A stretch of DNA of 35,852 nt from a virus (IMGVR_UViG_2778261246_000001:1-35852); one strand, 5' to 3'; positions 1 to 10,199 are shown, counted from the first letter of the stretch. Notes: generated by a model not told the origin, from the letters alone. Program-made: numbers and translations.

Positions 1-46
1 TCTGAGGCAGCACCTGGCACGGCTGGGACGGAAGTCGCTGTCGTTC

Positions 47-976
47 TCAAAATCGGTGGAGCTGCATGACAAAGTCATCGGGCATTATCTGAACATAAAA
101 CACTATCAATAAGTTGGAGTCATTACCCACTTTTCCTTTAAGTTCCGTATAGAGAGCGCCAAGTGTATTTTTATGATCTTCCACTTCCTGGCGAAGTGCT
201 GTTGTTTCCCCGGTGCTTTGTGCCTGCTCAATACGTTCACGGAAAGCATCGATCCAGTTTTCCCCGGCATCCTGCTCAATAATTGTTGTTTCACGTTCCG
301 CGCGGCAAGCGGAAGTGTTTTTATGTTCCTGAACCGGATTAATGATTTTTTCCTGTGGCTCGTCCAGTTCGTCCCTGGTGTACACTCCAAGAATCACTTC
401 GGGGCAATAAAGGCGCGCCCAGCGTTTCAGCGCCAGATAGGCAAGCTGCTGGCGAGGATCGTCGGCCCATAGCGTTGAATTACGTGTTCTGGCCTGCGCC
501 AGAAGTAATTCCAGTACGCGTGGTTTACTTTCGCCGCGTAGTGTTGCCTGGACACGAACACCGATCCCGTTTTCATCGGCCAGCTTCCAGCCAGGTACAC
601 GATATTCTTTCCCTTTGTCGCTCTTCCTGATTTCAAATTTCCCGATAATTTTTTCCCACGGCCCGAACCAGTCATATTCAATACGCCCGGTTAGCGGCCC
701 ACGAGTACTGATTACGGCATTAACCAGTTGCGCTTCATATCCGAGCACACCATTCACAACGAAAGTTTTCTGAGCTACTGCGTAAGGGTTCATTTGCCAC
801 TGCATCGCCTGCATGGTGATGGCCATGCAGTCTGATGGATTTCCCCGGAGGTGTTCCGGTACAGTAGCCATGCCGGAAGCCATTACCTGGGAAAATGTCT
901 GAATTGCAGCCAGGGACTGAGGGCTGAAAACCGCAACATTAGAGTTAATATTTTCTTGTTGAGTTAATTCGTTCAT
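47..976 (-). CDS. recT: Phage single-strand annealing recombinase, RecT-like partner of RecE (309 aa)
   Basis: Full-length ORF directly downstream of recE on the same strand; recE stop TGA (988-990) is followed by SD AGGAAGG and the ATG at 974-976. Family assignment is from synteny with the Rac recE-recT pair; the sequence itself differs from the K-12 RecT I recall, so the family is unconfirmed. Confidence 0.6.
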
Positions 977-987
977 TGTGTCCTTCC

Positions 988-3900
988 TCAGATGCTCAGT
1001 GCTTCAAGACGACGAAGATCAAAGTCGTTTAATTCGTCGGTATAACTTTCGGTAATCGGTGCTGGCCAGTTGTTTGTCTCCAGGGCTTCGTTTATCTGGC
1101 GTAGCGTCCGGCGATATTCCTGTCGACCAAGTTCCAGGAGTTCCTGCGAGGCTTCCACGACTGCCACCCAGTGATAGCCAGCATCTTTGTTGACGAAGAT
1201 CCAGAAAAATTTGTCCAGATTTGCCACATCGCAATACATTGCTGCGCTGAGGTGATAATCACGCTCAATAATTTCACGGTGCAGGCGATCTTTCAGTCGT
1301 TCCTGTCGCACATAACCGAGGCTGACTGACTTCACGTCGGCGCAAATGCTTTCGTATGGCAGCCGGATTTCGATATCAGGACGGACCCTGATTTCCAGCC
1401 CGGTTTCTTCATCAAACCCGAAATAGCTGATTTCAGATTTGCGATCCGGGTGGTTGAGTAGCCTTGCTGCATCAGTATTGTTTTGCAGTGCAGCGTGAAT
1501 ATTTTTTGCCTGTTCATACATATCTGAACTGATAAACGTTTTCCCGGCGTTTTCTTCTTGCTGGCGTTTTTGCCAGTCCTCCAGGGTAACCAGTTCCGGG
1601 CGGATTTTCCGAGCGATTTCGGTTAATTGCTCTTTCGTGCCACTGATGTTGTAAGGCAAAGATTTAGCACGTTCTTTTTTCGCCAGTTCTGGATCTACAG
1701 TTTCAATTTGCTCCAGAAGTTGCTCCCGTGTTCCACTGGTTTTCAACAGAGGAGGGAGGTTTGCATTGTATTCTCTAATGCAGGCTTTCATTGCCGATGC
1801 AGTATGTTTCTCCTCCTCCGGAATACGCCGGAATTCCACCGGAAGCGAACCGTAAAGGATGCCTGTTTCTTCGGCTCCAGCACTTACAGACAGTGGCTGT
1901 ATAAGAGTGCTGTTGTAGCTTTCGATCCACTCTTTCATCTGCTCTGGTGTCATCAGTGCTGGCAGACTGGCATTGTGTTTTTTAATGATGGCGATCAGTT
2001 CGCTAGAAGTAGTAACCACATATTCAGGAACTGGTACCGGAATGGCATATTCATCAGCGAATTTATCCGTTTCCAGAACATAGCTGTGAATGATCCGCCC
2101 ACGCAGCAGTGCATCACTTTCCTCGTTCGGAATAGTTCCGGCAATGTGCCGTCCGTGGTAATACATCAGGCTGATACGGGCATCCTTCAGCATCGTGCTG
2201 CTTATTCCGTTGGCGGAGTGATAAACCTCGTTCGGGAGGTTTTCATAGCGGCCAGGCTCGAAATATGACGGCCACATGATTTCAGTTGCTACAGGAGCTG
2301 ACGCTTCACCAGTTTCATCACTGCAATCACGATGCGGATCGCTGCCAGCATTCTCATTGTGCGGATGTTCAGCGCCTTCCATTTCCACCGGATCTTTTTC
2401 CTTAGCTTCAACCTGATTCTCTTCATCGAATGTTTCCTGGTATGTTGCGTCGCCCGTCACCGCCCCACAGTCAGGGCAGTTATCTCCGCCAGTCTGACCG
2501 CAGGCATTGCAGACTATTTCCGGTTCCTGTTGCACTACTGGCTCAGGTTGTTTCACATCCGGGCTGGTTTTTTCCGTTTCTGGCTGGTTCTGGTACACAG
2601 AATCGCGAGTCTGGATCCCCTTAACCCATTTCGGATCGTTCGGGTCGCTAATTCCGTCAACAAATTCACCACGTGATGCAGCAAGCAATTTATCGGCATC
2701 GACAGGATTTTTTGATGGAATGTTTTTCCGGGCTTCATGGAGTTCTGCCCGCAGTTCCTGATATTTCGCATCAACAGAATTTACCGGTGACTGAGCATCC
2801 AGCGGCTGCGTGTCCTGATGATGTTTAGTTGCGTCCGGTTCCATTGTTTCAGCCTCTCCCTGTTCATCTGCCGTTGTTCCAGATGGTTGCGGTTTTTCTT
2901 CATCATCCTGTTTTCCTTCTTCTGTTACTCGCTGCGGCATCGGGGCAGAGGAGCGACCGCAGGCAATATCCACGATTTCCGGATCAGGGTTGGCATGATC
3001 GGTTTCAGTCAGTACTTTGTTCAGATATTCAGTGACGTGCGCGGGGGTGACCTCGATCCCAATTGGTGCTTCTTTTACGGACGCAACCACGATGGCGCGG
3101 GAATAATCCAGCCCGCCAGGCATGGTGATGAATTTGTCGCGGAAAACAGAAAAGGGCGGTTTATTTTCAGCGATAATTTCCTCAATGCGTTTAGCGTGTG
3201 CCGGATGAAGGTTATAGATGTCCAGATCCATTGAACGGGCCAGTACGCCAGTGGCTACGTCGCGCGCCAGTGACGTCAGATCGTGTACGAAACCTTCGCC
3301 GCGATCGGTGAGGTTTCCGCCGCCAGCATTAGCACCGGAAGCCGTGCGAGTGATGTGTGAAACACGATTACCCTTCATCCACTCTTTTGTCAGCAGTCCT
3401 CGATCGGTGTAGTCAGCGTTCAGGTATGCTTCGAAAAAAGCAGTTATCAGTCCCAGGTTTGAATTACCAGGATTAGGGAAAACTTTGTCAGTGTCACGAA
3501 CCAGTTTGTGGAGTTCGCGAATTTCCAGCGGGGCGAGCAGGCTGGTTTTGTGGGAAACAGCCAGGGCAGTAACAGCCGGTAGTTCTTCAGCCCGAGCAAT
3601 GTGTAATGCCTGGAGTCCGTCGCGTGAAACGTGCGTTACCGGTTTTTCGCTGCCGTGTTGAGCAAGCCAACGAATGGGCAGTTCCTGGCCAGAAATTGGG
3701 AGTAGCATATTCTCCTCAATCTCAGTCATGTCTTCGCCGTTGACGTTGGTATTGCCTTGATAGTGAGCGTTGTCTGGTGCTGCTCCCGGTTTTAGTTCCC
3801 ATGTCATGGAGTCTTTGCTGAGTTGATAGCGTTCACTCCAGGTAAAATCGATCTCACCTTCAGCGGGCAGGTCATTAACGACAGGAAAATTCGTGGCAAC

Positions 3901-4059
3901 AGCTTTAAAATAGCTGCTCAGTTTTTTACCTGACTTAACGATCAGGTAGTCCAGAGTGGCACAGGTCGATTCAAAATCGTCACTTGCCCACAGGACGACG
4001 TCAGGTTCACCGGATGATTTTTTCGCTTTCCGTAACAGGAAGAGTGGTTTTGTGCTCAT
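988..4059 (-). CDS. recE: Exodeoxyribonuclease VIII (RecE family), 1023 aa
   Basis: N-terminus [26 protein letters not shown]... matches my recollection of Rac RecE; central acidic linker with a CxxC...CxxC zinc-ribbon-like cluster; C-terminal domain consistent with the RecE nuclease region. Confidence 0.85.
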   Translation of the reverse strand: MSTKPLFLLRKAKKSSGEPDVVLWASDDFESTCATLDYLIVKSGKKLSSYFKAVATNFPVVNDLPAEGEIDFTWSERYQLSKDSMTWELKPGAAPDNAHYQGNTNVNGEDMTEIEENMLLPISGQELPIRWLAQHGSEKPVTHVSRDGLQALHIARAEELPAVTALAVSHKTSLLAPLEIRELHKLVRDTDKVFPNPGNSNLGLITAFFEAYLNADYTDRGLLTKEWMKGNRVSHITRTASGANAGGGNLTDRGEGFVHDLTSLARDVATGVLARSMDLDIYNLHPAHAKRIEEIIAENKPPFSVFRDKFITMPGGLDYSRAIVVASVKEAPIGIEVTPAHVTEYLNKVLTETDHANPDPEIVDIACGRSSAPMPQRVTEEGKQDDEEKPQPSGTTADEQGEAETMEPDATKHHQDTQPLDAQSPVNSVDAKYQELRAELHEARKNIPSKNPVDADKLLAASRGEFVDGISDPNDPKWVKGIQTRDSVYQNQPETEKTSPDVKQPEPVVQQEPEIVCNACGQTGGDNCPDCGAVTGDATYQETFDEENQVEAKEKDPVEMEGAEHPHNENAGSDPHRDCSDETGEASAPVATEIMWPSYFEPGRYENLPNEVYHSANGISSTMLKDARISLMYYHGRHIAGTIPNEESDALLRGRIIHSYVLETDKFADEYAIPVPVPEYVVTTSSELIAIIKKHNASLPALMTPEQMKEWIESYNSTLIQPLSVSAGAEETGILYGSLPVEFRRIPEEEKHTASAMKACIREYNANLPPLLKTSGTREQLLEQIETVDPELAKKERAKSLPYNISGTKEQLTEIARKIRPELVTLEDWQKRQQEENAGKTFISSDMYEQAKNIHAALQNNTDAARLLNHPDRKSEISYFGFDEETGLEIRVRPDIEIRLPYESICADVKSVSLGYVRQERLKDRLHREIIERDYHLSAAMYCDVANLDKFFWIFVNKDAGYHWVAVVEASQELLELGRQEYRRTLRQINEALETNNWPAPITESYTDELNDFDLRRLEALSI

Positions 4060-4160
4060 TGTTTTTTAACCTCAACTCAGATTAAAATTCGTTTTGTTCA
4101 GTGAATGATCTTGCCGGATACACACTGTTCATAGCCTGCGCCATACGCAGGCTATTTCTT

Positions 4161-4436
4161 TCAGATTTCACCTTTTAATTTCATTGCAATCAGAGTTGCC
4201 AGAAATCCGGCTTTTTTTTCTGCGGGCAGATTCTTTCCGATATGCACCAGGCTCATTTTTTTGACACCTTCGTGAAGTGTTTTAACGTTGCCTGATGGAC
4301 CGTCGATATCAACTACAGTGAATGGGGTTTCTTTATTTTCTGTTTTAATCACGTAGCCAATACGCTTTCCTTCCAGATTAACTTCGTGAACAATGTCATC
4401 AGTAGTTACAACAGTGGCTTCATAACTGGTAATCAT
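4161..4436 (-). CDS. racC: RacC-like small protein (91 aa from internal ATG)
   Basis: ORF 4161..4484; the internal Met (MITSYEAT...) is preceded by SD AAGGAGA at good spacing; position between recE and ydaE/kilR as in Rac. Confidence 0.65.
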   Translation of the reverse strand: MITSYEATVVTTDDIVHEVNLEGKRIGYVIKTENKETPFTVVDIDGPSGNVKTLHEGVKKMSLVHIGKNLPAEKKAGFLATLIAMKLKGEI

Positions 4437-4510
4437 GTTTTTCTCCTTAATTAAGGTTGAGCGAATCCCTGCCATTGCTGGCATAAATTCAGTTTCGCAT
4501 AGTCAGTTAA

Positions 4511-4681
4511 TTAAAGTTCGTGTGCCATCTGGTCTTTTTCGGCACATATTTCACTACAATATTTTTTCATTTCCGTCGTTGGGATAACTCCACGCATGAA
4601 ATGAAGTGGTCTTTTAATGCTTTTGCTTTCTTTAACTTCTTTATCGCAAAGGTGGTAAGCACATTTTATTTTCTTAGTCAT
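4511..4681 (-). CDS. ydaE: YdaE-like small Cys-rich (putative metal-binding) protein, 56 aa
   Basis: Not in the ORF track (under 60 aa). Minus-strand translation [56 protein letters not shown]; its ATG overlaps the kilR stop (ATGA, 4679-4683). Confidence 0.6.
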   Translation of the reverse strand: MTKKIKCAYHLCDKEVKESKSIKRPLHFMRGVIPTTEMKKYCSEICAEKDQMAHEL

Positions 4682-4902
4682 CACCATGACTCCGCCTTTA
4701 CAGGTAAACCATCACGACCGAGGAAGACTTTAATCATGCAGTCAGTAATGCATGTTTTTGTGGTCAGGTTACGAATATAAAGCTTTCGCTTTTTAATATT
4801 GTTTGCCGAGGCAATATATGTCCGGCCTTCATGAAGAACATAATCGCCAGGAGTCACACACTGACGTGGTATTTCATCAGTTCCGAAGTGATGTGCAATC
4901 AT
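4681..4902 (-). CDS. kilR: KilR-like killing protein / cell-division inhibitor (73 aa)
   Basis: Sequence [46 protein letters not shown]... matches recalled Rac KilR; SD GGAGA 6 nt upstream of the second in-frame ATG. Confidence 0.75.
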   Translation of the reverse strand: MIAHHFGTDEIPRQCVTPGDYVLHEGRTYIASANNIKKRKLYIRNLTTKTCITDCMIKVFLGRDGLPVKAESW

Positions 4903-5343
4903 AATTATCTCCATTTTTACAAATGAACTTTGTTGATGCGGTGCCTGGTGCCTCCAGGTGACTGCAACCAGTTAACAATTACAGTCGGCTTTCCCACCCA
5001 AACCAATAAGGACTAACATGACTTTTAACTGTGCCACGTGCGCTTAGCCGCATTCACCGCATCACAAAACTCACTTTAAAAAGGGCGGACATCAGCCGAA
5101 CTTCAAGAAAAAAACTGATGCCGCCAGGACTACACACAGCAATGTCGTTATTTACAACCGGAGGCGCACTCCCACCATTTAAATTTAACAGACAAGACCG
5201 ACTCTTTATGGATATCGGAAATGCGCCTTCGTGTTGTGCCCGGTTTTATTTCACCACCTCCGGGCTTCGGTGGTCTCGGCTATACCCCTACAGCGAGAGC
5301 TTGTGTTAACATTTCAATACCCTTACAGTTGAGAGTTATTGAT

Positions 5344-5832
5344 ATGTTGGATGTATTTACTCCATTGTTGAAACTTTTTGCTAACGAGCCACTCGAAAGA
5401 CTTATGTATACGATTATCATTTTTGGTCTCACTCTCTGGCTGATACCGAAAGAGTTTACTGTCGCATTCAATGCTTATACTGAAATACCTTGGCTCTTTC
5501 AGATTATCGTTTTTGCCTTTTCTTTCGTGGTCGCCATTTCCTTCTCAAGATTGCGAGCACATATTCAAAAGCATTATTCATTACTACCAGAGCAACGAGT
5601 ATTGCTTCGTTTATCTGAGAAAGAAATCGCTGTATTTAAAGATTTCCTTAAAACAGGAAATCTTATTATCACTTCTCCTTGCCGTAACCCGGTTATGAAA
5701 AAATTAGAACGGAAGGGCATCATTCAACATCAGAGTGATAGCGCAAACTGTTCTTATTATCTCGTCACCGAAAAATACTCCCATTTTATGAAGTTATTCT
5801 GGAACAGCAGGAGTAGACGTTTTAATCGTTAG
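5344..5832 (+). CDS. sieB: Superinfection exclusion protein B (SieB), 162 aa
   Basis: Internal start MLDVFTPLLKLFANEPLERLMYTIIIFGLTLWLIPKEF...; hydrophobic N-terminal segments; divergent from the kil operon as in Rac. Confidence 0.8.
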   Translation: MLDVFTPLLKLFANEPLERLMYTIIIFGLTLWLIPKEFTVAFNAYTEIPWLFQIIVFAFSFVVAISFSRLRAHIQKHYSLLPEQRVLLRLSEKEIAVFKDFLKTGNLIITSPCRNPVMKKLERKGIIQHQSDSANCSYYLVTEKYSHFMKLFWNSRSRRFNR

Positions 5833-5984
5833 CTTACTGTGTGCTTCTCCAACCATCGGCGCGCACCAGTTTCGGTTTTAAATGTTTTGCTTTTGGTATA
5901 CGTCATGGCAGTGAACGTTCCATCCTGGTTGGGGAACACGCCGCACACCAGGGATTCGTTGTTGCCGAGGTCGATTTTTTGCAT
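5829..5984 (-). CDS. ydaF: YdaF-like small protein, 51 aa
   Basis: Not in the ORF track. Minus-strand ORF MQKIDLGNNESLVCGVFPNQDGTFTAMTYTKSKTFKTETGARRWLEKHTVS; overlaps the sieB stop by 4 nt; Rac synteny. Confidence 0.5.
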   Translation of the reverse strand: MQKIDLGNNESLVCGVFPNQDGTFTAMTYTKSKTFKTETGARRWLEKHTVS

Positions 5985-5994
5985 TTTGCGAATC

Positions 5995-6129
5995 TCACAT
6001 CTTGTTGCTACGTATAGCGACTTCTGCCTGCCAGAGATCCCAGTCGTTGCTGCGTAAAGCCTGCACAGCCTGGTTGTAAGTGATACCGCAACAATCCATC
6101 AAATACTGAACTACTTCGTAATGCACCAT
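5995..6129 (-). CDS. ydaG: YdaG-like small protein, 44 aa
   Basis: Not in the ORF track. Minus-strand ORF MVHYEVVQYLMDCCGITYNQAVQALRSNDWDLWQAEVAIRSNKM immediately upstream of ydaF. Confidence 0.5.
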   Translation of the reverse strand: MVHYEVVQYLMDCCGITYNQAVQALRSNDWDLWQAEVAIRSNKM

Positions 6130-6303
6130 CTTATCTATCCCCTTAACGCCGGGTGGCGGAACTAACTGCTGCACTGCAAAATTTGAATCCCGCCGTCATG
6201 TTCATACGCCTCGGGCTGGCTACTTAACCCCTGACCACTGCCTGGTAACTCGAAGTATTGCCTGGCGTTCTGTGGGGCGGGGTGGGTGGTATGCTGGAAC
6301 TAT

Positions 6304-6361
6304 AGGTAATGCCTAATTGATTGTCAATAGGCTATGCCTAATGTTTTAAGCGTAACCTAAT
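6304..6361. promoter_or_regulatory. OL-like operator cluster (repeated GCCTAAT half-sites)
   Basis: TGCCTAAT at 6311-6318 and 6335-6342 and CCTAATA near 6355; the 21-bp element TGTCAATAGGCTATGCCTAAT (6323-6343) is the reverse complement of a site in the racR-ydaS intergenic region. Confidence 0.45.
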
Positions 6362-6438
6362 AGGTGATGGCGACTGGAGAAAGTGATGGGGGGGGTTAAA
6401 TAACGGAATCCAGGAGTTTTCCGTCAGACCATATAAGT

Positions 6439-6915
6439 TTAAGTTCCAGTTTTTGTGATGTTCTGGCTTTTCCGTTCAGATTCTAGAGCTTTCAGATACT
6501 TACCCACTTTCATTTCCATCGCTGCTATGTAGGCGCGAACATCGTGGTCAACCCAATCTGGTTCTGTAGCATTTCCAGATAACAGGAAAGCTACAATCGC
6601 TCTTATTTCATCAGAGGCTGCTTGATAAAGGTTGTTTATATCTAAAAGTTCACTTTTTGTATCTGGATTGGTGGGGGTTGGTATGGGGTATTCGTTAAGC
6701 CCCCAATGCTCTGGACCAACAACATCAGCAAAGAAACGCCATAATTCTGGAAGTTTATCTTTACTTATGGAGCCTTTCTTAATCCAGTCATAGATTGATG
6801 GTGGTTGGACTTTGAAGTGGCGTGCGACCTCCGCCTTTGATTTGACGGATCCCGATGCGATTTTTTTGTTAATGGCCTGCTCTATCGCTCGGCCTAAGTC
6901 TTTACCACTAAGCAT
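6439..6915 (-). CDS. racR: CI-like prophage repressor RacR (158 aa)
   Basis: Intact ORF; position and orientation divergent from the cro-like ydaS; sequence matches recalled RacR (MLSGKDLGRAIEQAINKKIASG...). Confidence 0.8.
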   Translation of the reverse strand: MLSGKDLGRAIEQAINKKIASGSVKSKAEVARHFKVQPPSIYDWIKKGSISKDKLPELWRFFADVVGPEHWGLNEYPIPTPTNPDTKSELLDINNLYQAASDEIRAIVAFLLSGNATEPDWVDHDVRAYIAAMEMKVGKYLKALESERKSQNITKTGT

Positions 6916-6942
6916 TGCTTAATATTCTCCTATGCTCATTGC

Positions 6943-7011
6943 ATTAGGCAATCCCTACTCTCATTGTATTAGGCATAGCCTATTGACATTTGTATTAGGC
7001 GTCGCCTAATA
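6943..7011. promoter_or_regulatory. OR-like operator cluster between racR and ydaS
   Basis: Three related sites: ATTAGGCA (6943-6950), imperfect dyad ATTAGGCATAGCCTATTGACA (6968-6988) and perfect 9-N1-9 palindrome TATTAGGCGTCGCCTAATA (6993-7011). Confidence 0.5.
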
Positions 7012-7038
7012 TCTCTGTGTGTTTTTGGAGTTCATTCG

Positions 7039-7335
7039 ATGAAAAAAGAGAACTATTCATTCAAGCAAGCTTGTGCTGTTGTCGGTGGGCAAACAGCAAT
7101 GGCTAGGCTTTTAGGTGTATCACCTCCAAGCGTAAATCAATGGATCAAAGGGGTACGTCAATTGCCTGCCGAGAGATGTCCAGCAATTGAACGTGCAACA
7201 AGAGGTGAGGTGCTGTGCGAAGAACTTCGTCCTGATATTGACTGGTCATATTTACGACGTTCGGCATGTTGTTCGCAGAATATGTCAGTGAAGCAACTAA
7301 ATGACAGTAACAAATCCTCATTTGATCATACCTGA
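7039..7335 (+). CDS. ydaS: Cro-like HTH regulator YdaS (98 aa)
   Basis: Intact ORF divergent from racR; HTH-like segment QTAMARLLGVSPPSVNQWIKG; Rac synteny. Confidence 0.8.
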   Translation: MKKENYSFKQACAVVGGQTAMARLLGVSPPSVNQWIKGVRQLPAERCPAIERATRGEVLCEELRPDIDWSYLRRSACCSQNMSVKQLNDSNKSSFDHT

Positions 7336-7357
7336 AACATCAAGAGGCAAATGATTC

Positions 7358-7780
7358 ATGAAAATCAAGCATGAGCACATCGAATCGGTGTTGTTTGCCC
7401 TGGCAGCCGAAAAAGGGCAGGCATGGGTAGCCAATGCAATTACTGAAGAATATCTGCGCCAGGGGGGCGGCGAATTGCCCCTGGTTCCAGGCAAGGACTG
7501 GAACAATCAGCAGAATATCTATCACCGTTGGTTGAAAGGTGAAACGAATGCGCAAAGGGAAAAAATTCAGAAGCTGATCCCAGCAATTCTGGCAATCCTT
7601 CCGCGCGAGCTGCGTCACCGACTCTGCATCTTCGATACCCTGGAACGCCGTGCATTACTGGCGGCGCAGGAAGCGTTAAGTACGGCAATTGATGCGCATG
7701 ATGATGCAGTCCAAGCCGTTTACCGGAAAGCGCATTTCAGCGGCGGCGGTTCTCCTAGCGATTCTGTCGTAGTGCATTGA
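7358..7780 (+). CDS. ydaT: YdaT-like protein (140 aa)
   Basis: Intact ORF directly downstream of ydaS; Rac synteny. Confidence 0.75.
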   Translation: MKIKHEHIESVLFALAAEKGQAWVANAITEEYLRQGGGELPLVPGKDWNNQQNIYHRWLKGETNAQREKIQKLIPAILAILPRELRHRLCIFDTLERRALLAAQEALSTAIDAHDDAVQAVYRKAHFSGGGSPSDSVVVH

Positions 7781-7825
7781 TTGAAATTAATCGTACCGAA
7801 CTGTTTTGTTCGGTATCAGTTAAAT

Positions 7826-7844
7826 GTAACGCTGCGAGCGTTAC
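7826..7844. repeat. 19-bp palindrome GTAACGCT-GCG-AGCGTTAC (copy 1 of 3)
   Basis: Perfect inverted repeat read directly from the sequence, in the ydaT-ydaU intergenic region. Confidence 0.8.
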
Positions 7845-7857
7845 AAGGTGAAAACAA

Positions 7858-8647
7858 ATGGCTTCAAACTGGATAAAGCTCGAAGTTATTACGCCGGATA
7901 AGCCGGAAATATTCAGGCTTGCTGAGATTCTGAATATTGATCCAGATGCCGCATTAGGGAAAGTCATTCGCTTCTGGGCATGGGCGGATCAACAAATGAT
8001 AGACGGTAACGCAGAGTGTAACGCTCGCGGCGTTACAAAAAGTGCAATAGATCGCATCACTTTTATGGCTGGTTTTGCTGATGCGTTAATTCAGGTTGGA
8101 TGGCTGGTCGAAACTAATGGTGTGTTGTCGCTTCCTAACTTTGAGCGCCATAACGGGAAAAGCTCTAAAAAAACGGGCGGTTACAAACGAGAGAGTAACA
8201 AAAATACGAGAACTGAAACGAAAAGGTAACGCTGCCAGCGTTACAAAAACGGATCAAAAAGCGTTACCAGAGGAAGAGAAAGAGGAAGATATAAATACTT
8301 ATCTCCCCCTAAATCCCCCTCGCCAAAAACGAGCGTCTAAAAAATTCGAACCGGAGGCTATCGAGCTGCCTGACTGGTTGCCGGAAACACTCTGGCATGA
8401 GTGGGTTCAGTTCAGGCAGGCATTGCGAAAACCGATTCGAACGGAGCAGGGCGCTAACGGGGCGATACGGGAGCTGGAAAAATTCCGCCAGCAGGGTTTT
8501 TCACCTGAGCAGGTGATTCGACACAGCATCGCCAACGAATACCAGGGCTTGTTCGCGCCGAAAGGTGTTCGACCTGAGACGTTACTCCGACAGGTTAACA
8601 CCGTCTCGTTACCGGATAGTGCGATCCCGCCAGGCTTCAGGGGGTAA
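7858..8647 (+). CDS. ydaU: YdaU-like replication-region protein, reading frame split (+1) between ORFs 7858..8229 and 8090..8647
   Basis: The span is 790 nt, not a multiple of 3; the frame-1 ORF stops at 8227-8229 and the frame-2 ORF is open from 8090; an A7 run at 8167-8173 lies in the overlap. Either a frameshifted pseudogene, a sequencing error or recoding. Confidence 0.55.
8018..8036. repeat. 19-bp palindrome GTAACGCT-CGC-GGCGTTAC (copy 2, one mismatch)
   Basis: Inverted repeat inside the ydaU-like coding region; an additional half-site GGTAACGC at 8005-8012. Confidence 0.75.
8226..8244. repeat. 19-bp palindrome GTAACGCT-GCC-AGCGTTAC (copy 3)
   Basis: Perfect inverted repeat; it contains the stop codon of the first ydaU-like frame. 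Confidence 0.8.
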
Positions 8648-8653
8648 CTGACC

Positions 8654-9400
8654 ATGAAAAATATTGCGACAGGCGACGTTCTTGAACGTATCCGCAGACT
8701 GGCCCCGTCACATGTAACCGCGCCATTCAAGACGGTAGCGGAGTGGCGCGAGTGGCAACTTTCCGAAGGCCAGAAACGTTGTGAGGAGATCAACCGTCAG
8801 AATCGTCAGTTGCGGGTGGAAAAAATTCTGAATCGCTCTGGCATCCAGCCATTGCACCGCAAATGCTCGTTTTCGAATTACCAGGTGCAGAACGAAGGGC
8901 AGCGATACGCGTTGAGTCAGGCGAAATCCATCGCTGATGAACTGATGACCGGGTGTACAAATTTTGCGTTCAGCGGAAAACCTGGTACCGGGAAGAATCA
9001 CTTAGCGGCAGCTATCGGGAATCGCCTGCTGAAAGACGGTCAGACAGTGATTGTGGTTACCGTGGCTGATGTTATGAGTGCCCTCCACGCCAGCTATGAC
9101 GACGGGCAGTCAGGCGAAAAATTTTTGCGGGAACTGTGCGAAGTGGATCTGCTGGTTCTTGATGAAATTGGCATTCAGCGCGAGACGAAAAACGAGCAGG
9201 TGGTACTGCACCAGATTATTGATCGACGGACAGCGTCGATGCGTAGCGTGGGAATGCTGACAAACCTGAACTATGAGGCCATGAAAACATTGCTCGGCGA
9301 GCGGATTATGGATCGCATGACCATGAACGGCGGGCGATGGGTGAATTTTAACTGGGAGAGCTGGCGTCCGAATGTCGTCCAGCCAGGAATTGCGAAGTAA
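8654..9400 (+). CDS. ydaV: DnaC-like replicative helicase loader (AAA+ ATPase), 248 aa
   Basis: Walker [11 protein letters not shown] and Walker B LLVLDEIG motifs; position after the initiator-like gene; matches recalled YdaV. Confidence 0.8.
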   Translation: MKNIATGDVLERIRRLAPSHVTAPFKTVAEWREWQLSEGQKRCEEINRQNRQLRVEKILNRSGIQPLHRKCSFSNYQVQNEGQRYALSQAKSIADELMTGCTNFAFSGKPGTGKNHLAAAIGNRLLKDGQTVIVVTVADVMSALHASYDDGQSGEKFLRELCEVDLLVLDEIGIQRETKNEQVVLHQIIDRRTASMRSVGMLTNLNYEAMKTLLGERIMDRMTMNGGRWVNFNWESWRPNVVQPGIAK

Positions 9401-9422
9401 TTTTTACCGGGAGAAAAATTTA

Positions 9423-10184
9423 ATGGAGACTGTTTTTGACGCACTGAAAGCAATGGGGAAAGCTACGTCGGTAGAACTGGCTGCGCGACTTGATATCAGT
9501 CGTGAAGAAGTGCTGAACGAGCTGTGGGAACTGAAAAAGGCTGGCTTCGTTGATAAAAGCGTATACACCTGGCGCGTGGCTGATAACAACGTTCAGCAGG
9601 AACAGCCAGAGCAGGCAGAACTGCCGGAAGAAACCACCACGGCAACAGTCGCAAAAATTTCGGAGTGCGATTTAACTGCGACGATTGAACAACGTGGCCC
9701 ACAAACGGCGGATGAACTGGCTACGTTTTTCGGCATCACATCACGCAAAGTGGCTTCAACGCTGGCAATGGCAATCAGTAAAGGTCGTCTGATTCGCGTT
9801 AATCAGAACGGTAAATTTCGTTACTGCATGCCGGGCGATAATTTACCAGCAGAGCCGAAAGCTGCATCGGTAGCGGAAACTGATGGTAAAGCCTTTCCTC
9901 AGCCAGCCGGTGTTGCGTTACCAGTACAGGAAGCGGCAACACAGGAAGATATTAAAACAGAAACTGTGGCGGACATTGTGCAGTCGCTGCCATCGTTTAC
10001 TGAAACGCAAGCGGATGACCTGGTTTTACCATCGCTGCATATGGCAAACCGCGAACTGCGTCGGGCGAAAAATCATGTCCAGAAGTGGGAGCGAGTCTGC
10101 GCCGCGCTGCGGGAGCTGAACAAGCACCGGGATATTGTCCGACAGATTGTCGATTCCTCCAGTCGTATTGTGTCGGAAAAGTGA
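9423..10184 (+). CDS. Phage protein with two winged-helix-like segments (YdaW/DUF1627-like), about 253 aa
   Basis: ORF 9372..10184; the internal ATG at 9423 is preceded by SD GGGAGA at 8-nt spacing; repeated HTH-like segments ([34 protein letters not shown]). Confidence 0.55.
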   Translation: METVFDALKAMGKATSVELAARLDISREEVLNELWELKKAGFVDKSVYTWRVADNNVQQEQPEQAELPEETTTATVAKISECDLTATIEQRGPQTADELATFFGITSRKVASTLAMAISKGRLIRVNQNGKFRYCMPGDNLPAEPKAASVAETDGKAFPQPAGVALPVQEAATQEDIKTETVADIVQSLPSFTETQADDLVLPSLHMANRELRRAKNHVQKWERVCAALRELNKHRDIVRQIVDSSSRIVSEK

Positions 10185-10199
10185 TTGCCGGAGGCGCTT

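Noticed and set aside
1-46. Possible 5' end of a minus-strand gene downstream of the RecT-like gene (lar/ralR position in Rac)
   Set aside because: Too little sequence within the window to support any call.
106-681. Short ORFs on both strands overlapping the RecT-like gene
   Set aside because: Nested within a better-supported gene, with no independent start signals.
1627-3412. Several plus-strand ORFs of 64-213 aa (1627..2268, 2332..2676, 2818..3234, 3218..3412 and others)
   Set aside because: All lie antisense inside the long, well-supported recE coding sequence and lack SD sequences; treated as chance frames.
4132-4154. 9-bp-stem hairpin (TAGCCTGCG-ccata-CGCAGGCTA) just downstream of racC
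   Set aside because: Not followed by a U-tract on the minus strand where the genes run, so not called as an intrinsic terminator; may be an RNA stability or protein-binding element.
5031-5309. 92-aa plus-strand ORF in the kilR-sieB divergent intergenic region
   Set aside because: No SD, overlaps the likely divergent promoter region, and the translation is low-complexity; more likely regulatory DNA.
5839-6057. 72-aa plus-strand ORF
   Set aside because: It lies antisense to the better-supported ydaF/ydaG small genes on the minus strand.
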